From: Harriotta raleighana | Lineage: Eukaryota | Reading direction: 5' to 3' | Assembly: GCA_050575255.1 (NCBI GenBank) | Contig: JBNZDD010013677.1 | Span: 1,578,770-1,642,769, forward strand | DNA length: 64,000 bases | Part shown: positions 38,050 to 49,256 of the stretch, in pieces | Layout of the letters: each line of letters begins with the position of its first letter | Position numbering within the stretch: the stretch's first letter is position 1 | Program-made: the position numbers and the translations under genes | Notes under the pieces: generated by a model | Told to the model about the DNA's origin: nothing | Database searches by the model: none | The model's input: the letters and a program-made list of their open reading frames with translations, nothing else

Positions 38050-39175
38050 TATAATAATAATAATAATCCTTGCATTTGATATAGCGTTTTTCACATCTTA
38101 TCAACGTCCCAAAGTGCTTCACAGAATATACTGTAAAGTGAATTGACTGTATAAGAACTTAAGAACATAGGAATTAAGAGCAGGAGTAGGCCATTCGACC
38201 CTTCATGGCTGCTCTTCTGACCTAATTCTAATTACCTGCCCTATCCCCATATCCCTAATCCCTCTATTTTAAAAAAAAAATCTTATCAGTTTCAGCCTTG
38301 AAAATGTTCAAGGACTGAGCATCTACAGTCTTCTGGGGTAGTGAATTTACTACCCTCTGAGTAAGAAATGTTTCCTCAACTCTGTTCTAAAAGGCTGACC
38401 CTTAATTTTAAGACTGTGACCCCTGGTTATACATTCTCCTACCAGGGGAAATAGTCCCTCAGTGTTTATCCAGCCCTTTAAGAATCTTATATGTTTCAAT
38501 AAGATCTCCCTAATTCTTCTGTACTCTAGAGAATACAGCCCTAGTTTATTCAATCTATCCTCATAGGTCAGTCCCCTCATCCCAGGAACTAACCTAGTGA
38601 ATCTATGATGTACCATCTCTAAGGCAAGTATGTCCTTTTTTTAAATAAAGAGACCAAAACTGCACACAATACTCTAGGTGCGGTCTCACCAAAGCCCTAT
38701 ACAATTGCAGCAAGACTTCCCTACCCTTGTATTCTAAACCTTTTGAAATGAACGCTTGCATGCCGTTTGTCTTCTTAGTTGTTTGCTGCACCTGTAAACA
38801 AACTTTTTGAGACTGGTGTACAAGGACATCCAAATCCCTTTGAATACTAACACTGTCTAACCTCTCCCCCTCTAGAAAATAATCTATTCTTTTATTTTTG
38901 CTACCTAGGTAAATAATTTCACACTTCCCCACATTAAATTCCATCCGCCACCACTATATTTGTTGGCGGAATGCGGCAGCCAATTGCGCACAGCAGTGTC
39001 CCACAAACAGTCATGGATTGAAAATGACCAATTTTATTATTGTGGTTTAGTGGAGGGATTATTATTAGGCATATGAGGTAAGGAAACTTGCCCAAGGATT
39101 CTCCCTGATCCACCTGGATTTGAACACAGGTCTCACAATTGTAAGGCGAGTGCTCTAACCACTGAGCAACAGGAG
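38050..39175 (-). mobile_element. tRNA-derived SINE split by a CR1 insertion (38050-38153 and 38955-39175)
   Basis: The halves rejoin at gactgTATAtttg; TATA is present on both sides of the CR1. Confidence 0.88.
38154..38954 (-). mobile_element. 5'-truncated CR1 LINE nested in a SINE
   Basis: MEFNVGKCEII...LQLYRALVRPHLEYCVQFWS; RFTRLVPGMRGLTYEDRLNKLGLYSLE; frameshifted; (TTCTTATG)-type tail. Confidence 0.93.
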
Positions 39176-40987
39176 ATACCAGATAAAGAAGATTTTCTTT
39201 AGCCAGAGAGGAATTAACTTCTGGAAGATGTTGACAGAAAGGTAGGGTTGAGGCCACTGGGAATTATTCCACCATTTATGGGAGGTATTGCATACATTCA
39301 ATGAGGTCAGGTTGAACTAACCTTGTTAGTAATAGTGCCACTAACTACAAGCTCAGGCTTACCAAGAATATAATCTACCTCAACTACCACCTCTATCTCC
39401 TCTATTTGAGTGGGAACCACCTTCACAGTTCAGCAACTTCAGAGATACTCAGACATTGCTTTATGGCTCTGTGGAAAACAGAAGCTGATCTTAAAATAAC
39501 TTTCATAAGCATTTGTATGAGAATAAAGATATCAAGCTTGAAAGAACTGCTGAAATCTAACTCTCAAGTGTTGGGAGTAATGGGTGCCTCCTAAGAATAC
39601 TATTCCTTCCATTCTTAAAATTTGAGGGTGCCTCCTGATATGACAAGAGATATATTAAAAGCAAAGATTATTGTTATTTACATAATATTTGTCATCTCTT
39701 CTTAGGCATCTTTCTATTTGTATATCATCTTCACATGTTCAGCCTCGCGCTCCGACACTGTGAAGTGCTCTGAGACACCGTCCTGTATGGAGGACACTTT
39801 ATAAATTCAAGTTGTTGTTATTAAGTCAACTATGTAATTGGGGAGAAAAGTGAGAATCCAATGGTTTTACTGTCATTCTTTTCTATTTCTTGTTCATTTA
39901 CCAACACTTTTATAACTCTGAAATAATATAAAATGTCATATTCTATTTAAGAATACAGTTTCATATCTACATTGTATGATACTATATAGTCTATGTCACT
40001 CTTCCTCTTTGATCTGCTCACACTCAGCCAAACTTGAAGGGGGAAGGGAGGGTGAAGGGATTGCAGGTTAGAATTGCAGAGGATCAGGACAGAATGTCTG
40101 GGGATGGGCAAATGGAGGGGCGGGCAGAGAGCAGGATATGGAACAGATCAGTACCTGCTGAATTGAGTGGAGGGCACTGATCTTCTTCACATTCTCCCGC
40201 CTCACCTGCCTCACGATCGTCAGACTTGCAGTGTATTTTCCCCCATTCTCTGGAATTCCAGCCCTTTGACTCACCCCTTCTCTCTTTTCATTCAAGGTCC
40301 ATCTTAAGACCTTTGATATATTGTTGATTTGTCAGGGTATTAAGAGATTTGGGGGGATAATGAGAAATTGGGATTGAAAGGAATAGCTGTGGTACACATC
40401 AGCCATAATCAAATTAATTAATGATCTAATTAAATGGCAGAATAAGTTTGAAGGGCTGAATGGCTTACTCTTGTTCCTATGTTCTCAAGACTACGTTTTT
40501 GGCCATCTTGTAAACCTTAGGCTTCACCGTGCCTTCGGACATCCTCCCGTCTCCAGTGAAAGAAACTATATACTGTAAATGTAAATTTGCATTGTGTTGT
40601 ATACAGCTCCTGTAAGTCTGTTGATATGGCTTTCTGTTGCAAATGGCTATTGGAGCTTGTGCTTGGAAGCTCTTCTCCACTGACCCAATGTATAATAAAC
40701 CTTAACCTTAAATAGCCTTGCAGGTATATTTAAATGTTTTGTTGGAATTTCTTCTGGTGTTCAGAGCAGTTGTGTGGGAGATTTTCACAGCTGGGAGGGA
40801 GATATACCATTTAAAGGCAAAGAACAAGGATTCTGAGCAGAACACACCAGGGAATATAATGATGGTTCTTTGTTGGCATTGATATATCTGTGCTACAGCC
40901 TTAGGAAAGCCTTTCACTTCACTCTATATCCTGAAATGTTCCGAATGATAAAGTGCTATATCAAATGCAAGAATTAGTATATTATTA

Positions 40988-41245
40988 AGTCCTGTAGCTC
41001 AGTGCTTAGAACAGTCGCTGCACAAGCGAGATACCTGTGTTCAATTCCAGGCAGGGTGAAACCTTGGGTAAATTTCCTTACTCCACACGCCTGATAGTAA
41101 TCCCTCAAGATAAAAAAAAGAAAGAAATTGGTCAATTCAATTCACACCTGTTTATGGGACACTGCTGTGTACAATTGTCTGCCACGTTTCACCCACAGTG
41201 ATACAGTCAGTTCACTTTACAGTATATTCTGTGAAGCGCTGTGAG
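40988..41245 (+). mobile_element. tRNA-derived SINE, short form, tail truncated
   Basis: gtcctgtagctcagtgcttag head and family body. Confidence 0.85.
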
Positions 41246-41879
41246 CCGAGCAAATAGCTTGGCTTCCAAATAACTGCTAGACACGTCGGCATGTCCAGGG
41301 GGGATGAAGCGTTCTGTCCTAACACATTTACATGTTATTGAAAACTGTTAAAGAATCTTGAGTCAGATTTCCTGGGAGCCATCACTGAGCGGTTGTCATT
41401 GAGGAGCTAACACTGATGAGTTGTCACTGAGGAATCTTCACTGAAGTTGCACTTTTGTCTACAAATAGACGAGCACCACACTTTATAGACAGTCCCGTGA
41501 AACATTTGGAGATTTTGTGATGATGTGATAAGCTGTTGTGCCAGATGCAAGATTGTTATGATGTTCACTGCAGTTGATCTAGTTCCTGAAGTTGAGTTCA
41601 GTTAACTCAGTACAGAGCAGGATTCAATCCCAAACCCTCCACCCTCATCCCAGTTTGAGACCTCCTCCCACTGAAACTCACCACATTAAGCACTTTGGTT
41701 AGGCACCTCGGACCACAGCCACAGGAGGTAACATAGGAATCTCTTGCAGATTGGTAAATTCTGCAGATTGTTGGGGAAATATTAATTTTAGTGTTACACC
41801 TTTTTGATGGTGTGTAATTATAATGGACAACCCCATTCGCACACTGCAATATTATGTCAGATGTTGTTTCCCCCCCCCA

Positions 41880-42345
41880 GTTTAGGAAAGATGTCAAGGC
41901 AAGAGGGAATGCAAAAGAGATTTACAGAGATAAGTCACCTATGAAAAGAGACTGGAGGAATGGGGAGTTTTTCCACCAGAACAAAGAAGGTCGAGGGATG
42001 GTCTGATAGAGGTCTTTAAAATTATGAATCAATAGAGAGAAATAATTTGCATCAGTCAGTGAGTCAGCAACAAGAGTTAGCATCAATTTAAAATGATTAG
42101 CAAACAAACAAATGGGGGAGATTAGGAAAAGATTTTTACGCACAGAGTGGTTAAGGATATGGAATGCTTTGATCAGTGGGTGAGGCAAAATCCATATTGG
42201 CCTTCAAGAGGGAACTAGGCAAGTACTTTAATAACTATCAGCTGTTGGGCAGGTAAATGTGATTGAAAGGATTGCTCTTTTGGGAGCTGGCACATACGGA
42301 ATGGGATAAATAACTTTCTTCCTTACCGTGTATTTCTGTGATTCA
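41880..42345 (+). mobile_element. Old, highly decayed CR1 3' fragment
   Basis: tttaggaaagatgtcaaggc, tctgatagaggtctttaaaattatg, cagagtggttaaggatatggaatgc. Confidence 0.7.
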
Positions 42346-43494
42346 ATGTGCAAGCTAAACACATCGTGCCTCGTGATTCCTGTCAGTCATGACCAATGGA
42401 TGTTTCTGGGTTAGAAGTGACGCAAGAACACTTTACAGGTTAGAATCAGAGTTATAATCTGACTCTAACCTCAGTGTCCCACATCTGGGAGTGGATGGAC
42501 AACAGAAAGGGAGGTTTACTCCCTGTTCAAGACTATTCAGCGCTTTGGGACGTCCTCCTGACGTGAAAGGCGCTATACAAGTGTAATTTAGTTGTTGTTG
42601 TTGTATTCAGCTGCAGTTCTTTATTTGGGGGCAAACAGCAATCAGCAGGCTTGTCCAGTGGGGTGATAGGGAGAATGTGAGTGCAGTAACTGAACCGTAT
42701 CACTAATATATCACTAATTGCTGGCAAGTAAAGTAACATTCTAGTGCTGCTGGAATAATTTGGCTATTAGTACGCAGTAAAAATAGCCATTCTGCAACCC
42801 GCCAACAGCAATGGGCACTGCCCTGTGAAGATGTTTCGCAAAAGTCTTTCATCATCGGCAACAAGAACACAGCGAAGCCAAGGAGTTCAGTTTAGCAGCA
42901 TATTCAGTATGTATCAGTTTAAATATCATCTTCCAACTTTTGACTGCTCTGAAATAGAATAATAATCATCCTTGCATTTAACATTGCACCTTTCATGTCA
43001 AGAGGACATCTTACGTCATCAAAATGTCTCAACTGTTTCACAGGACTTACTGTAAAATGTAGTGACTGTATTTGTAGGCCAACACAGCAGGATATTTGTG
43101 CAGAACAATGTTGCGCAAACAACTGTAAAATTAGTAGGCAGTTATATCTACAACAACAAAATTACATTTATAGTGCACCTGTCACGTAGGGAGGACCTCC
43201 CAAGGAGCGTTAAGTTCCGATGAGGGACTTGAAGCTACAACTATAATGTTATTCAATCCATAAAACGCAATGTAGATTCACTCAATTCTTTAATTCAAAC
43301 TTTACAAATCAACCTCTTTCAGTCTCTTTCAAATCTGCTGGTCACTCTTCCTAGAATCATTTTATATTTGCACCTCCATATTCAATTGCCACTTATGTCA
43401 TTAAAGCAAATGTGCAACAACAACCTTCTGATTCAGAGACGAGGCAGGTTTACGAGGCTGCTGATTGAGCGAAGCTGACAGAACCATATAAAAT

Positions 43495-43975
43495 GTCAGC
43501 TTTGAGGCACTCACAAACCTCTAAACCTCTTTCAATGAAATGTGTAATGCAACATGCGTGCTGAGTTGTACAATTGTTACCTACAAATACCGTCCCAGAA
43601 AGTGAGTTCAGTACCTTGGCACTTGCCAACCTGTGCCTAACATTTTCCAGAATTAGTACAGCACGATGCATCCCTCCAGGGAAAGAGTACTCAATTCTAT
43701 TCCAACAATCTATTTCAGGAATTTCCATGTGCTGGTGGGATGCATGGAATTCTCAGTTTGGTTTGGATGCACTTAAGCATGGTTACGTGTTTCTGCATGT
43801 GTCAGTCACCCAGCTGACCAAACAAACCCACCGTTGGCAGGCACGCTGCTGGTTACTGTAATATGCGTAGACAGACAAAGGGAATATTGAATGAGGTGGA
43901 CAAGAAAGGGATTGAAACATGGCACCACATCGATTCAAAATCGTTTGCTCTTGTAAAGGCCACTTACTCAATAAA
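43495..43975. repeat. Unclassified old dispersed repeat (related copies at 33740-34015 and 63484-63695)
   Basis: Collinear similarity among three loci, e.g. gatgcatggaattctcagtttggtttgga vs gatgcatggatttctcagtttgatttgga. Confidence 0.75.
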
Positions 43976-44342
43976 TCGCTCTAAAGCCACCTTCACCAGA
44001 TTGTGGAGAAAACTACAATGTTTGGTTTGATGGGCAAATAAACAGCTGTAATGAAGTTAGCAATGAACACATCAACCAGCACCCAAGAGTGGGGTTTGTG
44101 AATCCCATCTGCCCAAAGCCTTCTCACTTGCTACAATGCAAGTAGCAATGCAAGTCATAACTCCAATATACCCATGGGTTCTCAGTGTGAGCAGCGAAAA
44201 ACAGCTGAGGTCTATCCCTTGCCCACACCTGGGGAGACCATTTGGTGTTAGTTATCAGAAGGTCACTGAAGCCAATGCAGCTGTTAGTTAGAATCATAAT
44301 CTATGTTTTCTTTTTCTCTGCTTCCCCTCTAAAGTCTGTCAG

Positions 44343-44697
44343 TCTTGACTCTGAGGTGAAAGGCTGTGGGTTCAGGTCCACATCAGGACTGTGTTTCAGC
44401 TGTTCAGTGTTTCAACGACGTCAAGCCAATATCTGTATGCCTGTTTAGGTGGATATTAAAAACCCGAAAGTTCCGTTCAAACTAGTGGCCAACAATTCCC
44501 CAAATAATATTTGCAACTCACTTCATGGTTGTGTGTGGGGGACATTACTGAGTGCAAAATAGCTGCCACATTCACCCTCACAATGTAAATTCACTACACT
44601 TTACAGCATTGCCAAGTATTTCCTATAAAGCATTTTAAGACTTTTTGTGACATGAAAGTCATTTTTTAAATGCAAGGATTATTATTATTATTATTAT
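44343..44697 (+). mobile_element. Old DeuSINE
   Basis: cttgactctgaggtgaaaggctgtgggttcagg head, aggtggatattaaaaaccc core, (ATT)n tail. Confidence 0.65.
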
Positions 44698-45480
44698 AAA
44701 GATTGTATATTTGCCTGTTGACCATATTCTCACAACCTTCGATGCTAAGAAATATTTTCTAGATTCACGGGAAAACTAAACTTTATTTGTAGCCACTTAG
44801 CTTCAAATGTTTGCTGTTATTTATAGCTTTTGCTGTTGCTCTCATCTCTGGGGTTACCTTCATAACTCTGATGTTTTTTTTTAACCTGTCTCAGCAAATT
44901 CCTGTCCTCTCCCGAGTTTCCCACCTTTTTAGGTAAACAGTGCTCTCTTCTTCTCAACGTCTCAATGTTGGGATGTGATAAAGCACTTTATCAAATGCAA
45001 GGATTATTACTGTAATTAGTATCATGATTATTATTTAGCCTCTGAGTCACTCTCCAAAATCTGTGTTGTAATGGTTTAACCCCTTCCCTTGCTCTCACCC
45101 ATCCTCTTACTGCGCAGGCTTGTGTCCTTCCATTTTCCTCAGCCAGACAGGTGCAATGATGGCGAGTGGGGAATGGAGGTTTTAGTAACAGAGCCTTCTG
45201 GTGATTGACAGCCTGAAACACACAGTGATAGAAAACCCCGACAGTGAATAAACATGTCTATCACAGGCACATCACTCAATAAATCAGCACCATGCATTAA
45301 CCCCCTCGCTGCTGCCACATGAAATACAAGGATTATTAGTAAGTAGGAACCTGGTTGTTCGTCAACTGGCTGACCGCTTTTCCAGATGTAATAAACCCTT
45401 CCACACACAAAAAATAATTTTGTGGCTCAATCCACGATTGTTTGTGGGACACTGTTGTGCACAATTGACTGACATATTTT

Positions 45481-46672
45481 CATAGAATCATCATAGAATC
45501 ATAGAATTTTATGGCACAGAAGGAGGCCATTCGGCCCATCGAGTCTGTGCCGGCTCTTTGACAGAGCAATGTCACTTTCATTAACCCCAATCACCAGCTT
45601 TCTCCCCATAACCCTTTCAGGCAGATCATTCCAAATTCGAACAACTCTCTGAGTGAAAACATTTCTTCTAACCTCCCCTCTGCTTCTTTTGGTAGATATC
45701 TTAAGACTGTGACCTCGGGTCACAGACACACCTACCAGCGGAAACAGCTTTTCCCTNNNNNNNNNNNNNNNNNNNNNNNNNNNNNNNNNNNNNNNNNNNN
45801 NNNNNNNNNNNNNNNNNNNNNNNNNNNNNNNNNNNNNNNNNNNNNNNNNNNNNNNNNNNNNNNNNNNNNNNNNNNNNNNNNNNNNNNNNNNNNNNNNNNN
45901 NNNNNNNNNNNNNNNNNNNNNNNNNNNNNNNNNNNNNNNNNNNNNNNNNNNNNNNNNNNNNNNNNNNNNNNNNNNNNNNNNNNNNNNNNNNNNNNNNNNN
46001 NNNNNNNNNNNNNNNNNNNNNNNNNNNNNNNNNNNNNNNNNNNNNNNNNNNNNNNNNNNNNNNNNNNNNNNNNNNNNNNNNNNNNNNNNNNNNNNNNNNN
46101 NNNNNNNNNNNNNNNNNNNNNNNNNNNNNNNNNNNNNNNNNNNNNNNNNNNNNNNNNNNNNNNNNNNNNNNNNNNNNNNNNNNNNNNNNNNNNNNNNNNN
46201 NNNNNNNNNNNNNNNNNNNNNNNNNNNNNNNNNNNNNNNNNNNNNNNNNNNNNNNNNNNNNNNNNNNNNNNNNNNNNNNNNNNNCTCTTCAAAAAATTCT
46301 ATTAGATTTGTTAGGCAAGATTTGCCTTTAACAAATCCATGTTGGCTGTCTCTAATGATCTCGTGTTCCTCTAAGTAGAGATTTATTCTGTCCCAGATTA
46401 TGGTCTCCAGTAGTTTTCCTATTACTGAAGTAAGGCTGACTGGCCTGTAATTTCCGGGTTTGTCTTTCTGCCCCTTTTTTGTAGAGGGGGTAACATTAGC
46501 CACTCTCCAGTCTCTTGGCACCACTCCTGTGTGCAATGAAGATTGAAATATAATGGCCAAAGCCTCTGCTATTTGAACCCGTATCTCCCACAGCAACCTT
46601 GGGTGAAACCCATCTGGTCCTGATGATTTGTCAATTTCGAGCCCAGTCAATCTTTTCAGAACTTCCTCTCTG
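45481..46672 (-). mobile_element. Young 5'-truncated CR1 LINE spanning an assembly gap, nested in a long-form SINE (45337-45480 and 46673-46790)
   Basis: KSSGPDGFHPRLL...NYRPVSLTSVIGKLLE...QHGFVKGKSCLTNLIEFFEE before the gap; REKLFPLVG...TQRVVRIWNDL after it; (ATTCTATG)n tail; ATTTT on both flanks. Confidence 0.93.
45757..46284. other. Assembly gap (528 N)
   Basis: Run of N. Confidence 1.
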
Positions 46673-48619
46673 AAATTTTGCCCACAAAAATATACAGTCA
46701 ATTCACTCGACAGTATTATGTGTGAAGCTCTTTGAGATGTCTCGAAGATGTGATAAAGCACTATATTAAATACAAGAAATATTATTATAACCTAACATGT
46801 GATCGGTAAACAATAATCATTGTTGTTCAGGTCCCCCAGGAGCCACTAAGGCACCAATCACAGCTCAGAGAAGGGAAGATGACCAGACAGAGATTATATT
46901 CAATTATTTACACAGTGATCGAACGGTGAGTGTGAGAGGCAACAGAGACAGATTGCGTCAGCAAATTCAAGAAGAAATTGGATATCCATTCATGAAGAAA
47001 TTGATGGAGGGAATAGGAGAGTGGTGTCGGATGTTTATTCTGGACCATCAGCTGGATTATGTTTTGTTCCGATGTTTCGATGTGAGGCAGATGCAATGGT
47101 AGCTGTTATTGTTGATATCCTCAGTGTGTTTTTTCGCTAGAACCAGTAAAGTTTGGATGGGTCAAAGTTGCAGTAAATTAGTAGGTATGCAGAGATACAG
47201 TAAAGTCACAGAGGGAACAGTGGAGTTACACAGGGCTCGTAGTTCAGTTTGACAATCCAGTACAGTGCTCTATTTTCAGATGTGCTGTACTCTGAATGAC
47301 ACGGTTACAAACTTGGGTCCAACAACCCACACGCCCACTTCCATCGGACCTCAAATTCAACTCTGAGCCGAGCCCTAAAGTGACATGCTAACCCTGCAAG
47401 ATTCAGCGATCCGTTTGGAAAGTGGTTTACATTATTACGGCATCATTTCAGTTAACTTAAAAAGATCAATGTTTACCATTGACCATAAAAAGAACACCGA
47501 TTTCCAAGAAAGTCCAAATCACTGTCCCTGCGGGAAACTTTGAGATGTTCTTGCAAGGCTGGAGATATGATCAGTAGAATCTTCTGGTCTGTATCCAACA
47601 AGGAGCACCATTTGTATTTTATCTTCCTAATTCCTTGTGCATTCTCAGGGAATGCCTTATCAACTCTCCTGTGGATATGTACAACTCAGGCTCAGATAAT
47701 TATTATTTAGCCCCAAACGATTAGCACCATGTGATTCCTGCTGCCAACTACAAGTTGTTGAGATCAGTGAACTTCATGGCACATGATTAACATAACAATC
47801 GAACACATTAAATGTTTCACATGATAAACTAATGCCCCAGTTTAGTGGATACTAAATATTCCATGTTAATACTCAATAAGAGTCAAGTGTTTCTCCCAAT
47901 GTCCGGACTAACGTTCCCCCAGATAGGATTCATCTTTTGCTTTCTAGCTGTTGGTGAGACATTGTTTGGAAATGAGCTGCTGTGTTTATTATAATAATCT
48001 TAAAATGCTAAAATATGATACAGCCCCTCACACATCGGGAAGGTTTCTTCAAGTGCTTCCCAGGGCACACCACAAACTGCTGTACTGGGATATTTTCGTA
48101 GCCAATCAAAATGTCTACAGCGAGATCCCACAAACAGCTGTGTAGTGATTGGCTAATTTAATATAGGAGATTGATGGCCAAGACATCTGGAGAAACTCCT
48201 TTTTCTTTTTATATAGTGCATGGGATCTTTAACATACACTTGACCAGGCCAACGGGATCTCGGTTTAATGTTTCATCCAAAGGATGGAACTTCTAACAAC
48301 TCAGCAACACTGCAACAACAACAACAACAACTTCGATTTATATTACACCCTCCACGCCGGGTGGCGTCTCAGAGCGCTTAAAGTGACATTCTGGACTCAA
48401 CGGACGTCTTGAATCCACAGACATCTGATTCAGGCAAAAGTGCTAACACCTGAGCCAAGCTGACACATGAGTGTGTCTATGACTATATAGTCACTAAACT
48501 TTACAATAAAATCCTGTGAAGCACTTTAAGATGTTTAATAATCTGATAACCAGCTATTTCAAATGTAAGAATTAAACTGTATACAGTAAATTTACACACA
48601 TCAATCAATTTTACACATT

Positions 48620-48668
48620 TGCATAGATACACTTATCTCCATAATGTGGGGATAAGTGTATCTATGCA
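48620..48668. repeat. Perfect 18-bp inverted repeat with 13-nt spacer
   Basis: TGCATAGATACACTTATC tccataatgtggg GATAAGTGTATCTATGCA. Confidence 0.9.
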
Positions 48669-49165
48669 GCAATACAGTGTAGTCTCAAAGATCCAACACA
48701 ACGCAGTCTTACATTTATCTAGCGCCTTTCATGTTGGGAGGATATCCTGAGGCACTGGACAATTTAGGGTTTGCACCTGAGATTAGGATGGAGATGGGAG
48801 TGCAGATGAGGCGGTATTGGGGGACAAATGACTGACAGCACAGTCAAAGAGGAAGGTTTTGAGGCATACCTTGAAAGAGATGAAAGAAAAGAAGAGTGAA
48901 AGGGATGGATTCAAGGATAGAGATGCGGTAGAATCACACAGTAGAGTTCAGGTAACCTGATTACATAATCATGATCACACTTGAACTTCACACTATGTAT
49001 TCAATTCAATTTAGGCCAGATCTGGACAGCTCTCGGGAGCAGGACAATCAAAAGAGATAGTGAATTTCAGCAATAGAATACTGGGGTAAATCTTGGCCAA
49101 GCTAGGAGGCCAACATAGAGTCCTACTACACCTCAACTGATTCTCCTCTGTCTTTCCTTCTACAG

Positions 49166-49256
49166 ATTCATGCTTGTCTTGAGCTGTCTCGTGCTGTCTG
49201 TCTTTTCAACTATTCCTGAGCACCAGGAACAAGCAAACCAGGGACTCTTCATTCTG
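49166..49256 (+). CDS. KCNQ4: KCNQ4 coding exon 2 (end of S1, S1-S2 loop, start of S2)
   Basis: Polypyrimidine tract + tacAG acceptor; 91 nt; after 1 nt reads FMLVLSCLVLSVFSTIPEHQEQANQGLFIL; CTG|gtaaga donor. Matches recalled human KCNQ4 [30 protein letters not shown]. Not in the ORF track; read directly. Confidence 0.95.

Larger units (their letters stand above)
1..49165 (+). other. KCNQ4: 3' part of KCNQ4 intron 1 (>49 kb)
   Basis: Exon 2 begins mid-codon in S1. I found no upstream N-terminal/S1 coding segment and no other host gene exons here. Inference; an unrecognised small exon cannot be excluded. Confidence 0.75.

Noticed and set aside
45284-45300. REST/RE1 site (TCAGCACC half-sites here and near 2684 and 34980)
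   Set aside because: Only the left half-site is present; no GGACAG at the proper spacing.
45499-46761. 420-aa ORF (and the overlapping 198- and 186-aa ORFs)
   Set aside because: Length comes from reading through 528 N; it is a truncated CR1 fused to SINE sequence, not a gene.
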